From positions 323,030-387,029 of the forward strand of contig CBDFLQ010000005.1 of assembly GCA_965249275.1 (NCBI GenBank): DNA of 64,000 nt. The letters run 5' to 3'. The notes beneath the pieces were generated by a model. The model searched no databases. It was not told the DNA's origin and saw only the letters and a list, made by a program, of their open reading frames with translations. This DNA comes from Dehalococcoidia bacterium. GTDB taxonomy: Bacteria; Chloroflexota; Dehalococcoidia; Plut-88900. Of this stretch, positions 28,915-37,830 are shown in pieces. Positions within the stretch are counted from its first letter, which is position 1, and each line of letters opens with the position of its first letter. The translations under genes and the position numbers were made by a program.

Positions 28915-29517
28915 GATATTCAGTTGGGCTTGGGTTTTGGCTGGTTTGTTGGGGAGGGAGTAGGCGATGGAAGGTCGGTGACTCTTGGGCAGGGGCGGGA
29001 GGCCAACCTGCGATGACCCCACGTGTCTTTTAGCTAGGCGGACGAGGTGAGTGGGGTGTTCTCGTCCACAAGACGCTTGGCTCGACCATTCGGAGGAATG
29101 GGAGCACGAACCCGCTGCCGTCGTCTACCGAACGGAACTCTCGGATGGTGACGACGGTGGAGTCCCATAAGGGCTCGATGGCCCTTAGCAAGCCCTGCAT
29201 AGGCGGGCTGTTATATTTCGCTGAGCTATGCGCATAGCTTAGACTCGAACGCGCCGGGTGAAGGGTGCGTCGAGTAGGCCGGTCTCGCAAGCCTACATGC
29301 TGCTTAGAGTCGATGGACCTCCCATCGCCTGATGGGTGGGGGAAGGTTGAGCCGGGGCCTTAGGTATGAGGAGATGGCGGCTTTCGCTTGAGCCGTGGGG
29401 CGGTGTGGGCCGCCCTTTGGGATGGGCTGGGACGTTGAGTCCTCGTGTGGGCCGGGGATGGTGTTCCCCCTGGGTTGTGGTTCCTCCTTGGGTTTTGGGT
29501 GAGTGACGGGCCAGTCG
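28915..29517 (-). ncRNA. Candidate large structured ncRNA, copy E1 (unclassified family)
   Basis: Has its own TTGACC-N18-TATATT promoter. The ~180-nt 5' domain and the C/A-rich 3' tail are conserved with 48306..48939. A 15-bp long-range helix (28962-28976 / 29316-29330) closes a 339-nt hairpin-rich insert. No reading frame is conserved between the copies. Confidence 0.45.
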
Positions 29518-29523
29518 AGGATG

Positions 29524-29553
29524 AATATAGTACATGTGTACAAGTCTGGTCAA
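29524..29553 (-). promoter_or_regulatory. Sigma70-type promoter of E1
   Basis: On the minus strand, TTGACC (29553-29548), 18-nt spacer, TATATT (29529-29524). The hexamers and the 18-nt spacing are identical at 48946..48975. Most of the spacer and ~20 nt upstream are also conserved. Confidence 0.6.
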
Positions 29554-29662
29554 GGGGTTGGTGTCACTTTCGGGCCTCACTCAGCTATGACGTCTATTGG
29601 CCTGGACGCACTGAGGCTCCTACAATGAAGGCCGAGCGGCAGTATCCTGACTGCATCAGATC

Positions 29663-30460
29663 ATGATTGCTTCCAATCTTCAAAGGGTTGTCCACAACGC
29701 GCTTGGCCCGGAACCCGACTCACGGGTCGGCAAAGTCCTATCGGTGTCCCTGACTGCCCTAATTGTCTTGAACATCACCGCTCTGGTTTTCGAAACAGTC
29801 GATGAGATTCACGACCTATCGCCGCGGGCCTTTGGGGTCTTCGAGGCCGTGTCAGTGGGCGTGTTCACAATCGAGTATCTGCTGCGGGTTTGGAGCTGTG
29901 TCGCCGACCCAAGATATTCCCACCCGATATCAGGACGATTGAGATTCATCGCATCTCCCCTAGCCCTCGTAGACTTGATAGCCATACTCCCTTTCTACGC
30001 AGCCCTACTCAACCTTTTTGGGCTGGACTTCAGAGTATTGCGGGCAGCCCGACTCATGGGACGCGCAGCTAGGTTGGGGCAATATTCCTCCGGTCTACGA
30101 ACCCTTGGACGAGTCGTGCAAGCCAAGAGAACCGAACTGGTAACGGTAATAATGGTGCTATCGCTTCTCCTGCTGCTGTCATCCTCCTTGATGTTCTACG
30201 CCGAAAATGACGCTCAACCTGACGTCTTCTCCAGCATACCGGAGACCATGTGGTCGGGAATCATTACTCTGACTACAGTCGGCTATGGCGACGCATACCC
30301 GATAACGGCGGTGGGACGTACGCTAGCGGGGTTGATGGCGGTCTTGGGAATAGGTCTTTTCGCCCTACCCGCCGGTATCCTGGGGTCGGGCTTCATTGAA
30401 GAGGTGCAGCATCGGGTGGGGCGGGGTAAGACGTGCCCTCATTGTGGGGAGCAACTATAA
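29663..30460 (+). CDS. Ion-transport (voltage-gated-like) potassium channel
   Basis: 265 aa. TM helices including an Arg-rich S4-like segment (RVLRAARLMGRAARL). TTVGYGD selectivity filter. Confidence 0.85.
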   Translation: MIASNLQRVVHNALGPEPDSRVGKVLSVSLTALIVLNITALVFETVDEIHDLSPRAFGVFEAVSVGVFTIEYLLRVWSCVADPRYSHPISGRLRFIASPLALVDLIAILPFYAALLNLFGLDFRVLRAARLMGRAARLGQYSSGLRTLGRVVQAKRTELVTVIMVLSLLLLLSSSLMFYAENDAQPDVFSSIPETMWSGIITLTTVGYGDAYPITAVGRTLAGLMAVLGIGLFALPAGILGSGFIEEVQHRVGRGKTCPHCGEQL

Positions 30461-30552
30461 CGAATAATCCCACGAAATCTAAGCAATGAGGGACGGGGAC
30501 CAAAATCAAGTAGAGGCGACCGTTCAACCTCTGTGCGGAAGGATACAGAGTA

Positions 30553-31041
30553 ATGGTATTTAAGTGGATCAAAGATATATTTGTAGGCGACTCTGGTGAC
30601 GAGCCCACAAAAAGGGGTAGCTCTCAACGCATGAACATCGACATAGCATCCTTTAGCCGGGGCGATTATGTGGTTGACATTGTTGGGGAGTCTCACTACG
30701 TTGATGCACTTAAACGCGCCAAACAAGGAGCAGAAAAGGACGGGAGCAAGAACGTTGTCACCACTGTCCTTGTGCGAGAGCCCGACAACAAGTTCGATAA
30801 GAACGCGATACAAGTATGTGCAGTTGTGAACGAAGAAATGGAACCTGTAGGATATCTGAGTCGCAACACAGCTCGGGACTACCGCAAGGCCGTAGACCTG
30901 TGGCAAAGAAAGGGATACTTCGTCAGCTGCAAGGCTGCATTATTCAGCAGTGAGGGAAGGAAGGCCAATATAGGCGTTTGGCTGGACTTACCCACCCCCG
31001 ATGAGATCGAAAAGGACTATGCTCAGCAATTCCCTGGCTAA
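30553..31041 (+). CDS. HIRAN-domain protein
   Basis: 162 aa. IVGESHY...VLVREPDNKFDKNAIQV......VGYLSR matches the HIRAN pattern. The gene is AT-richer than its neighbours. Confidence 0.6.
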   Translation: MVFKWIKDIFVGDSGDEPTKRGSSQRMNIDIASFSRGDYVVDIVGESHYVDALKRAKQGAEKDGSKNVVTTVLVREPDNKFDKNAIQVCAVVNEEMEPVGYLSRNTARDYRKAVDLWQRKGYFVSCKAALFSSEGRKANIGVWLDLPTPDEIEKDYAQQFPG

Positions 31042-31549
31042 ACTAAGGCATCCAGCGACAGCTCTCTGCCTATTGATAGAAGAATTCCTTTGGGACTTTG
31101 GCCGCGTCTAGCGAAGGAAGGCGACCAGCCGGTCACCCCTACGTGGAAGGAAGCCATTCCAATTGGACAATGCTTCGACGGAATCAGGATGCGTGGCCCC
31201 TTGGCTTGGACTCACGCCAGCACAGCGTCTTCGGCAGGGTCGGGGATGATGGGGAGGGTGTAATGAGAGACGTGTGTGGGCAAGTCCTAGATTCCTCGCG
31301 GGACCTCGGAATGACAGGGGAGAATAGGGTGGGGTGGCGTCGGGCGGACGCGACTGATTGGCAGCGCGGGGCCTCCCCCCGCTCGACCCTTCGATCCGCC
31401 TCGGCGGACTTTCAGCTAGCTCAGGGTGAGCGGCCCCACCCAGGGCAACAACGAGGGTTTGCCCCTACGGGGGAGGGGATGGATTCCGGCTCGGGGGCCG
31501 GAATGATCCACCTAAGGCGGACAGGCTCCCCTAGGATGGAATGGGGGGG

Positions 31550-33025
31550 TTAGGGGTAGAAGAGTTTTTCGGCGGCTTTGGTTAGGTCTGGGCGGAAGTT
31601 GGGGTGGGCGATGTTGATTAGCTCTCGGGCGCGTTCTCTGTTGGACTTGCCTAAAAGCTGAGCAACGCCGTACTCGGTGATGATGGTGTCGGCGAAGGTG
31701 CGGGGTACGCTGACTATGGTGCCTTCCTCGTGCTGGGGGACGATTCTCGAGGATATGCCACCCAGGGCCGTAGACCTGAGCAGGGTGATGCCTCGGCCAC
31801 CCCTGGACATAACCGCTCCCATCTGGAAGTCGAACTGACCGCCGGTGCCGCTCATCAGTCGACCCCCGAAAACGGTCTCGGCGTTAATCTGGCCGGTCAG
31901 GTCGACGGAGAGGGCGTTGTTTATGGAGACCATGTTGTCGTTGAGGGCGGCGGTGGTGGCTTTAGCGACGTAGTCGACATCAAGCTGCTCGATGAGGGGG
32001 TTCTCGTGAGCGTAGTCCAGCTCTTTGTAGGTGGACCCGAGCAGTGCCCCGAATATGGCCTTGTCCTTGTGGAGCGTCTTGCGGGCCCCGGTGATCACGC
32101 CCCGCCTTATCAGGTCGATCACACCCGGAATGCCCATTTCAGAGTGCCAGCCCAGGTCTTTCCTGTCGTCGAAGGCGCCGACAGTGGCGAGGAAGCGGCT
32201 CGGGGTTCCGGTACCGATCTGCAGGGTGGTTCCGTCTTTCACGAGCTCCGAAACGTAACCAGCGATTGTCTTGGCGTCCTCTGAGGGCTCGATCCAGCAC
32301 TGGTACGCAGCGAAACGCTGGATCTGCTTCACGTCTCTCGACACCAGGTGAGGGAGGTGTTCGGAACGGTCTCGGGGGTCCATGTTGGGGACGAACTCGT
32401 CCAGGAGCGCACGCACATCTTCGTCTTCCACCGAGGCCAGCAAGTCCGAAGCCTGGGCATCGGACAGCTGAACGGGCGTGTTCTCGACGAACTTGTCTAT
32501 CTCCGAGACGTGGACGTAGTTGTGCCCGTAGGTCCGAATCTGCGAGCTATCTACCTGGGCGATGACCTTCTTCGAACGCCTGACAAAGCCACGCTTGTTC
32601 CAGAGGTGCCCGCCGAAGCTGCAGTAGCCGTTGGCGTCGGGGGGAGAGGTGACGACCATGAAGACGTCCATGGGGGGCACGTCGCCGAAGTCGGTCGAAT
32701 AGCGCTGGAACTGGGTGGAGAAGATCATGGGGATGTAGTCGACGATGCGGCGGTCGAGGGCGGAGCGGCCCATCTCTCCGAGGATCTGCTCGATGGTCAC
32801 GGTGAAAGAGTCGCTCCAGCTGGGGTCGAACCAGCCGGGGTCTTCGATGGGAGCGTCGCAGGTTATCAGGATGTCCTTAAGCTCGTCGCGGCGCGCGGCA
32901 AGGGCGTGGATTAGGGAGTCGGGGTGTGGGTAGATGGGGATGTAGACCCGGTCGCCGGAGTTGACGAGTTGGACGGCCTCCTCGGGGGAGACTAGGTTGC
33001 GGTTATAGTGGTCTTGCCAGGTCAC
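31550..33025 (-). CDS. Acetyl-CoA hydrolase/transferase family protein (4-hydroxybutyrate CoA-transferase-like)
   Basis: 491 aa. Family-typical N-terminus and the C-terminal GGQxDF-type motif (SGTGGQFDFQMGA). Confidence 0.8.
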   Translation of the reverse strand: MTWQDHYNRNLVSPEEAVQLVNSGDRVYIPIYPHPDSLIHALAARRDELKDILITCDAPIEDPGWFDPSWSDSFTVTIEQILGEMGRSALDRRIVDYIPMIFSTQFQRYSTDFGDVPPMDVFMVVTSPPDANGYCSFGGHLWNKRGFVRRSKKVIAQVDSSQIRTYGHNYVHVSEIDKFVENTPVQLSDAQASDLLASVEDEDVRALLDEFVPNMDPRDRSEHLPHLVSRDVKQIQRFAAYQCWIEPSEDAKTIAGYVSELVKDGTTLQIGTGTPSRFLATVGAFDDRKDLGWHSEMGIPGVIDLIRRGVITGARKTLHKDKAIFGALLGSTYKELDYAHENPLIEQLDVDYVAKATTAALNDNMVSINNALSVDLTGQINAETVFGGRLMSGTGGQFDFQMGAVMSRGGRGITLLRSTALGGISSRIVPQHEEGTIVSVPRTFADTIITEYGVAQLLGKSNRERARELINIAHPNFRPDLTKAAEKLFYP

Positions 33026-33137
33026 GGGAGTCTAACTTTCTTGGTGGGCCGTTTAGCTAACTTCGTAGGCTGCTCATTTGAAGCCCAGTTTCACCCTCAC
33101 CCTAGCCCTCTCCCGTCGAGGGAGAGGGGACAGGACC

Positions 33138-34439
33138 GGTACAGACCGGGCAGAAAGGTAACACATAAACCGGGGACATGGGTAACACATCGTGGGATTG
33201 TATTAGGCAATCCCAGAGGAGGAAGATGTGTTGCCTTGGAAAGACACGAGCATAGAATCGGAGCGGTTGCAGTTCATCGAGCGTCACACTGCGGGAGAGG
33301 AGACTATTGCTGAGCTGTGCCGCCGGTCCGGGATCAGCCGCAAGACGGGCTACAAGATAATCGGCCGATACGAGGCGTATGGTGAGGACGGTCTACTTGA
33401 CCTAAGCCGGGCTCCTCACAGCCATCCCAACGCCACTTCCATAGAGGTGGCTAAGCGTATCATCGAGGCGAAGCGCACCCATCCCACATGGGGCCCGAAG
33501 AAGATCGTCGCCTGGTTGCATTCCATCGAGCCCTACGTGCCCTGGCCTTCCTCCAGTACTGCGGGCGCCATACTGGACCGTGTGGGTCTGGTGAGGCGGC
33601 GCAAGCGGCGGCGCAGGGCTACACGCTGGGGCGAGCCCTTCGCCCACGCCCGGCACCCCAATGACGTGTGGGCCATCGACCTGAAGGGCTGGTTCCGCAC
33701 GGATGACGGAATGCGGATAGACCCCCTTACAGCCCAGGACGCCATGTCCCGCTACTTACTGGTATGCGACCCTCTCGACCGCCCTGCCGGCCCGGAAGTC
33801 AAGCGCTCTCTGGAGAGAACCTTCCGAGAGTACGGCATCCCTCGGGCCATACGCACCGACAATGGTCCGCCCTTCGCCAGTGTGGGTCTGGGCAGCCTCT
33901 CACCACTCTCAGCATGGTGGGTCAAGCTCGGGATCGTACCCGAACGCATAGAGCCCGGTCACCCCGAACAGAATGGACGCATCGAGCGCCTTCACCGGAC
34001 CCTCAAGGCCGAGACCGCAACACCTCCAAAGGCCAACTGGAGACGACAACGCAGAGCCCTCGAACGCTTCAGACACACCTACAACTTCGAGAGGCCACAT
34101 GAGGCCCTGGGGCAGCAACCACCAAGCCGGCTGTACACGCCCTCGATCAGACCCTATCCCACACGTATCAGCTCGCCCGAGTACAACGCCGGTGTCACCG
34201 TACGTAGTGTCCGCAGCAACGGACAGATCAAGTGGAAGGGAGATATGCTCTACGTGAGCGAGTCCCTCAAGGGCGAACCCATCGGCCTGGTCCAGATAGA
34301 CGAACGAACCTGGTCCATACAGTTCGGGCCACTCATCATCGGACTCCTTGATGACCCCACCAGAAGGGTCGACAAAACCCCAGTCAAAGTGTTACCTATG
34401 TCCTCGGTCTAACTGTTACCCATGTCCCCGGTCGTACAG
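33138..34439 (+). mobile_element. IS481-family insertion sequence, copy A (~1.3 kb)
   Basis: Sequence shared with 44943..46244 starts at GGTACAGACCGGG and ends at CCGGTCGTACAG. The ends are imperfect IRs. Boundaries are good to +/-3 bp. Confidence 0.85.
33228..34412 (+). CDS. IS481-family transposase (HTH + rve integrase core)
   Basis: 394 aa. N-terminal HTH, then a DDE core (WAIDLK...IRTDNGPPF...HPEQNGRIERLHRTLK). Confidence 0.9.
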   Translation: MLPWKDTSIESERLQFIERHTAGEETIAELCRRSGISRKTGYKIIGRYEAYGEDGLLDLSRAPHSHPNATSIEVAKRIIEAKRTHPTWGPKKIVAWLHSIEPYVPWPSSSTAGAILDRVGLVRRRKRRRRATRWGEPFAHARHPNDVWAIDLKGWFRTDDGMRIDPLTAQDAMSRYLLVCDPLDRPAGPEVKRSLERTFREYGIPRAIRTDNGPPFASVGLGSLSPLSAWWVKLGIVPERIEPGHPEQNGRIERLHRTLKAETATPPKANWRRQRRALERFRHTYNFERPHEALGQQPPSRLYTPSIRPYPTRISSPEYNAGVTVRSVRSNGQIKWKGDMLYVSESLKGEPIGLVQIDERTWSIQFGPLIIGLLDDPTRRVDKTPVKVLPMSSV

Positions 34440-34553
34440 ACCCCCCGCTCATACTTCGAGTGCCTCAGCACGAGCGGCCCAGGCCCCACCATGAGAAGTT
34501 AGGCAAAGGTTACGCCTCGGCGCATCTGCGACTCATTGAGCAAGGAGGGGATG

Positions 34554-35192
34554 CTAGTAGCGGACTCGGCCGGGGAAGGTTAGGTTCCAGAAGGTGGCGG
34601 TGGGCTTGACCTCGAAGAGGTGCCAGAAGTTCTTGATGTTGTTGGGGTAGACTTCGCGCTCGAAGCGCTCCCAGTCTTCCTTGGAGTCCCAGCCCGTGAC
34701 CTGAGAGCCGACCCTATCCTCCTCGGTCGAAAGGAGGACGCATACGAACCGGTTCCCGGGGGCTGCCACCAGTGGAGCCATGACCTCTCCCCTGTAGTGG
34801 CCGGCCACCGTTTCCACCTGCCCCTCGTGGAGCTTGAAGCGGCTGGTCCTGACGTACATAGGCGAGGGGTTGGCGAGGGAGTTTTCGTTGATCTGGAGGG
34901 TGCCGGGCCACCTGGTCTCCCAGTAATTCACCTCGAAAGGCCCGTCGAAACCGTCCTTCCATCGGGCGTAGAGGGTGGGACGCACCTCGCTTTCGAAGTG
35001 GTCGCAGTCTTCCTTGGATTCCCACGCGCTGACGAACAACCCGTTCTGCTCATCATCGGGCGAGGTCATGACGGCGAAGAGTCGGTTGCCGGGGGCTGCG
35101 GTAATGGGGCCCATCATCTGTTCACGGATGCCGGATTTTAGGTCGGCGAGGCCCTCGGGGGTCAGGCGGTACCTGCTGGTGCGTACGTACAT
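34554..35192 (-). CDS. Hypothetical protein with two ~105-aa alpha+beta-barrel (ABM/Dabb-like?) modules
   Basis: 212 aa. Internal duplication (MYVRTSR[YF].L...APGNR....W.SKED...FE.EV.P appears twice). Paralogous to 35215..35850. Confidence 0.7.
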   Translation of the reverse strand: MYVRTSRYRLTPEGLADLKSGIREQMMGPITAAPGNRLFAVMTSPDDEQNGLFVSAWESKEDCDHFESEVRPTLYARWKDGFDGPFEVNYWETRWPGTLQINENSLANPSPMYVRTSRFKLHEGQVETVAGHYRGEVMAPLVAAPGNRFVCVLLSTEEDRVGSQVTGWDSKEDWERFEREVYPNNIKNFWHLFEVKPTATFWNLTFPGRVRY

Positions 35193-35214
35193 GGCTCTCC
35201 GTCCAGTCTTTCGA

Positions 35215-35850
35215 TTAGAAATTGGCGATCACGGGAAACTTGATGGTCCAGAAGGTGGCTACAGGAGGCTCTTCGAAGACGTGCTCCACCTTTCCGAAGA
35301 TCTCCGGGAACACGTTGTTGAGATAGTTGTCGCAGGCCTCCTTGGAGTCCCATCCCGAAACCTGGGACCCGACCCTTTCCTCCTCCGCCGAATGGAGCAC
35401 GAAGAGGAATCGGCTGCCCGGCTGGGTCACCACGGGCTGAACAACTTCCTCATCGAAGTTGTTATATACGTGAGAGACGCCCTCGGGCTTGAACTTGAAG
35501 CGGCTGGTGCGGAGGTAGCAGTTCGGGCCGGCGGCCTGCAGCGGGTTGAACTCGAGCCTGCCGGGCCAGTTAATCTCCCAGAATTTCGGGGTGGGGGGCT
35601 CGTCGAAGACCCACTTCCACTCCTCCCACACGGCGGGGTAAACCTCGTTCAGGTAGCGGTCGCAGGCTTCCCTCGAGTCCCAGCCGCTCATTTGCCGGAC
35701 TTCGAGAGGGTTGTCGGCGTTCATGAGGACGGCGCAGAAGCGGCCGCCGGGGCTGTCGAGTATCGGGCCGGCCACGTTGGTCTGATAGCCCTTTTCTACG
35801 GAGGGAATGGACTCCGCCTTAAGTAAGGCCCGTCTATCCATAACGAACAT
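35215..35850 (-). CDS. Hypothetical protein with two ~105-aa alpha+beta-barrel (ABM/Dabb-like?) modules
   Basis: 211 aa, with the same duplicated module (GWDS[KR]EACD.YLN.V[FY]P) as the neighbouring gene. Confidence 0.7.
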   Translation of the reverse strand: MFVMDRRALLKAESIPSVEKGYQTNVAGPILDSPGGRFCAVLMNADNPLEVRQMSGWDSREACDRYLNEVYPAVWEEWKWVFDEPPTPKFWEINWPGRLEFNPLQAAGPNCYLRTSRFKFKPEGVSHVYNNFDEEVVQPVVTQPGSRFLFVLHSAEEERVGSQVSGWDSKEACDNYLNNVFPEIFGKVEHVFEEPPVATFWTIKFPVIANF

Positions 35851-35915
35851 ATTAAGCTCCCTGGCGCCTGAGTCTCGGGATTAGAATGGCGGGGTCATTG
35901 TAGCACGGGGGTTGG

Positions 35916-37580
35916 TTAGCCGGGCCCCGGCTCCGGGGCCGCTTCCTTAGCGAAATGGTGCCTCTTACGCAGCGGTATCTCCTTCAACCCAACCAGGACT
36001 ACGGCACCGAGCACCGCAAACACCGCCGCCACGATGAAAACCTCCTGAATCGACGATGCCAGGCTCTCTCTCATGGCCTCCACCACCGACTCCAGAACTG
36101 CGCTCTCGCCGAGCCCTTCCAGCCGCTCCTCCAGCATGGTGCGGGCCTCAGGGCTGATGAGGGCGTTGGGGTCACCGAGGTCTTCGGTCAGCGCTGTGCC
36201 CATCAGCTCACGGGTCTCGGGGGAGAGGTTGGCGGCGAGGTGGGTCGAGAGCCGTGAGGCCAGCAGCGAGCCCATCACCGCCACGCCCAGTGAACCGCCG
36301 ATACTCCTGAAGAACTGGACGAAGGCGGTGACCAGCCCCATGAGTCCGTAGGGAAACGCATTTTGCACCACTATGGTGAACAGGGGGAAGGTTATTCCCA
36401 GTCCCGCGCCCACTATCACCATGTTCCTGGCCATCACGCCGCTGGACGTGGTGCTGTCCATCGTCGCCAGCAGAATCACCCCTGTCGTCATCACGCCCAT
36501 GCCGAGCAGGGCGAGGTATCTATAGCGGCTCCAACGGGACAGGGCCAGCCCTGCCAAGGTGCTGCTGACAACCGCGCCGAGCATCATCGGCGTGAGCACC
36601 AGCCCCGAGTTGGTGGCGGAGTCACCGAGTACACCCTGCCCGAAGAGGGGGACGAATATGATGATCCCGAACATAGTCATTCCGCTGAAGAACGTTGACA
36701 CTGCGACCACGGTGAATATCCGGTTCTTAAAGAGCGAGAGGGGGAGGAGCGGTTCCGGGGCGCGGGTCTCGATTAATAGGAACATCAGGAGCATCGCGGC
36801 TCCAAAAGCCAGCGACACAATGACCTGAGGCGAGCCCCACGGGTATTGCTGCCCGGCCAGGGAGACGCCCAGCATCAACGGGAGCAGCCCACCGATCAGT
36901 GCTGCAGCGCCCCAGTAGTCGACCTTCTGGTTTATACCTGTCCGGGACATCGCTGGCATGGCGGCGATGAGGGCAATCAGCGCTGCGCCGCCCACGGGCA
37001 GGTTTATGTAGAAAATCCAACGCCAGCTGAGGGTGTCGGTGAGGTAACCGCCGACGAGGGGGCCGACGATGCTGGCTATCCCAAAGACGGCGCCGATTAA
37101 CCCCTGCCACTTTCCTCGCTCGGCGGGAGGGAAGATGTCACCGATGACGGTGAAGGTGTTGGACATCAAGACAGCCGCCCCGGCCCCCTGAACTCCCCGG
37201 AAGATGATGAGCTGCAGCATGTTCTGGGATACGCCAGCCAAGGCCGAGCCCAACAGGAACACCGCTATCCCGATAATGAACAGCAGCCTTCGGCCGTAGA
37301 TGTCCGACATCCGGCCCACAACCGGCACCAGGGAAGTCGACATTACGAGGTACGCGGCAACAACCCACGATATCTGACTGATGCCACCGAGGTCGGTGAC
37401 GATTCGCGGCAAGGCCGTCGCCACGATGGTCATGTCGAGGGCGGCGAGGAACAGGCACATCATCGTGCCGAGGAGGATGAAGACGATGCGGGTTCTACTG
37501 AGTCTTCCGACAGAGGACAAGGCCGACGTCGCGTCTGACTGCTCGGTGGGTCCAGTCTTTTGCGCGTCCGACTTGTTCAT
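35916..37580 (-). CDS. MFS transporter, DHA2 (EmrB/QacA, 14-TMS) type
   Basis: ~14 TM helices with an MFS signature region ([12 protein letters not shown]). The ORF extends to 37688, but the Met at 37580 (MNKSDAQK...) is the more plausible start. Confidence 0.85.
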   Translation of the reverse strand: MNKSDAQKTGPTEQSDATSALSSVGRLSRTRIVFILLGTMMCLFLAALDMTIVATALPRIVTDLGGISQISWVVAAYLVMSTSLVPVVGRMSDIYGRRLLFIIGIAVFLLGSALAGVSQNMLQLIIFRGVQGAGAAVLMSNTFTVIGDIFPPAERGKWQGLIGAVFGIASIVGPLVGGYLTDTLSWRWIFYINLPVGGAALIALIAAMPAMSRTGINQKVDYWGAAALIGGLLPLMLGVSLAGQQYPWGSPQVIVSLAFGAAMLLMFLLIETRAPEPLLPLSLFKNRIFTVVAVSTFFSGMTMFGIIIFVPLFGQGVLGDSATNSGLVLTPMMLGAVVSSTLAGLALSRWSRYRYLALLGMGVMTTGVILLATMDSTTSSGVMARNMVIVGAGLGITFPLFTIVVQNAFPYGLMGLVTAFVQFFRSIGGSLGVAVMGSLLASRLSTHLAANLSPETRELMGTALTEDLGDPNALISPEARTMLEERLEGLGESAVLESVVEAMRESLASSIQEVFIVAAVFAVLGAVVLVGLKEIPLRKRHHFAKEAAPEPGPG

Positions 37581-37830
37581 ATCTCTCCGGCTGCTGAAGC
37601 GGGTAAGGGCCACAGCGATGCTACGACGCCGGGGTCGGCAAGTCAAAATCCGAATTGCCGGTGCTATCATGCGGCCAAAGTCAGCCACATTGAGACCTTT
37701 GCATAATTACGTATTGCTTCTGTTGTACTATCCAGATCACACGACTTCCACCCCCCGCTCATACTTCGAGAGCCTCAGCACGAGCGGCCCCGGCCCCTCC
37801 AACACTAGTTATGAAAAGGTGTCCGACGGG

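Noticed and set aside
28726-29033. Short ORFs (85-130 aa) on both strands within the E1 and E2 cores
   Set aside because: They are not conserved between the two copies, have low-complexity translations and lack RBS-like context. They are consistent with non-coding structured sequence.
28977-29315. RNase P RNA-like strings on the + strand of the E1 core (GGGTGAAGGGTGCG, GCTGCTTAGAG, AGTCCCATAAGGGC)
   Set aside because: The universally conserved P4 strands (GAGGAAAGTCCGGGC / ACAGAACCCGGCTTA) are absent. The similarity is patchy. The element exists in two copies with different cores, which is not expected for rnpB.
29304-29543. Conserved small ORF MY(T/I)CTIF..DWP.THPKPKEEPQPRGN present in both E1 and E2
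   Set aside because: Its ATG lies inside the promoter spacer. Substitutions are not biased to third codon positions. A 1-nt length difference in the variable hairpin shifts the downstream conserved block (AAISSY.RPRL) into a different frame in E2. The conservation is therefore at the nucleotide/RNA level.
37381-37830. 150-codon N-terminal extension of the amidohydrolase ORF
   Set aside because: It overlaps the MFS transporter gene on the other strand and a family-B repeat. The amidohydrolase homology pattern starts at the Met at 37831.
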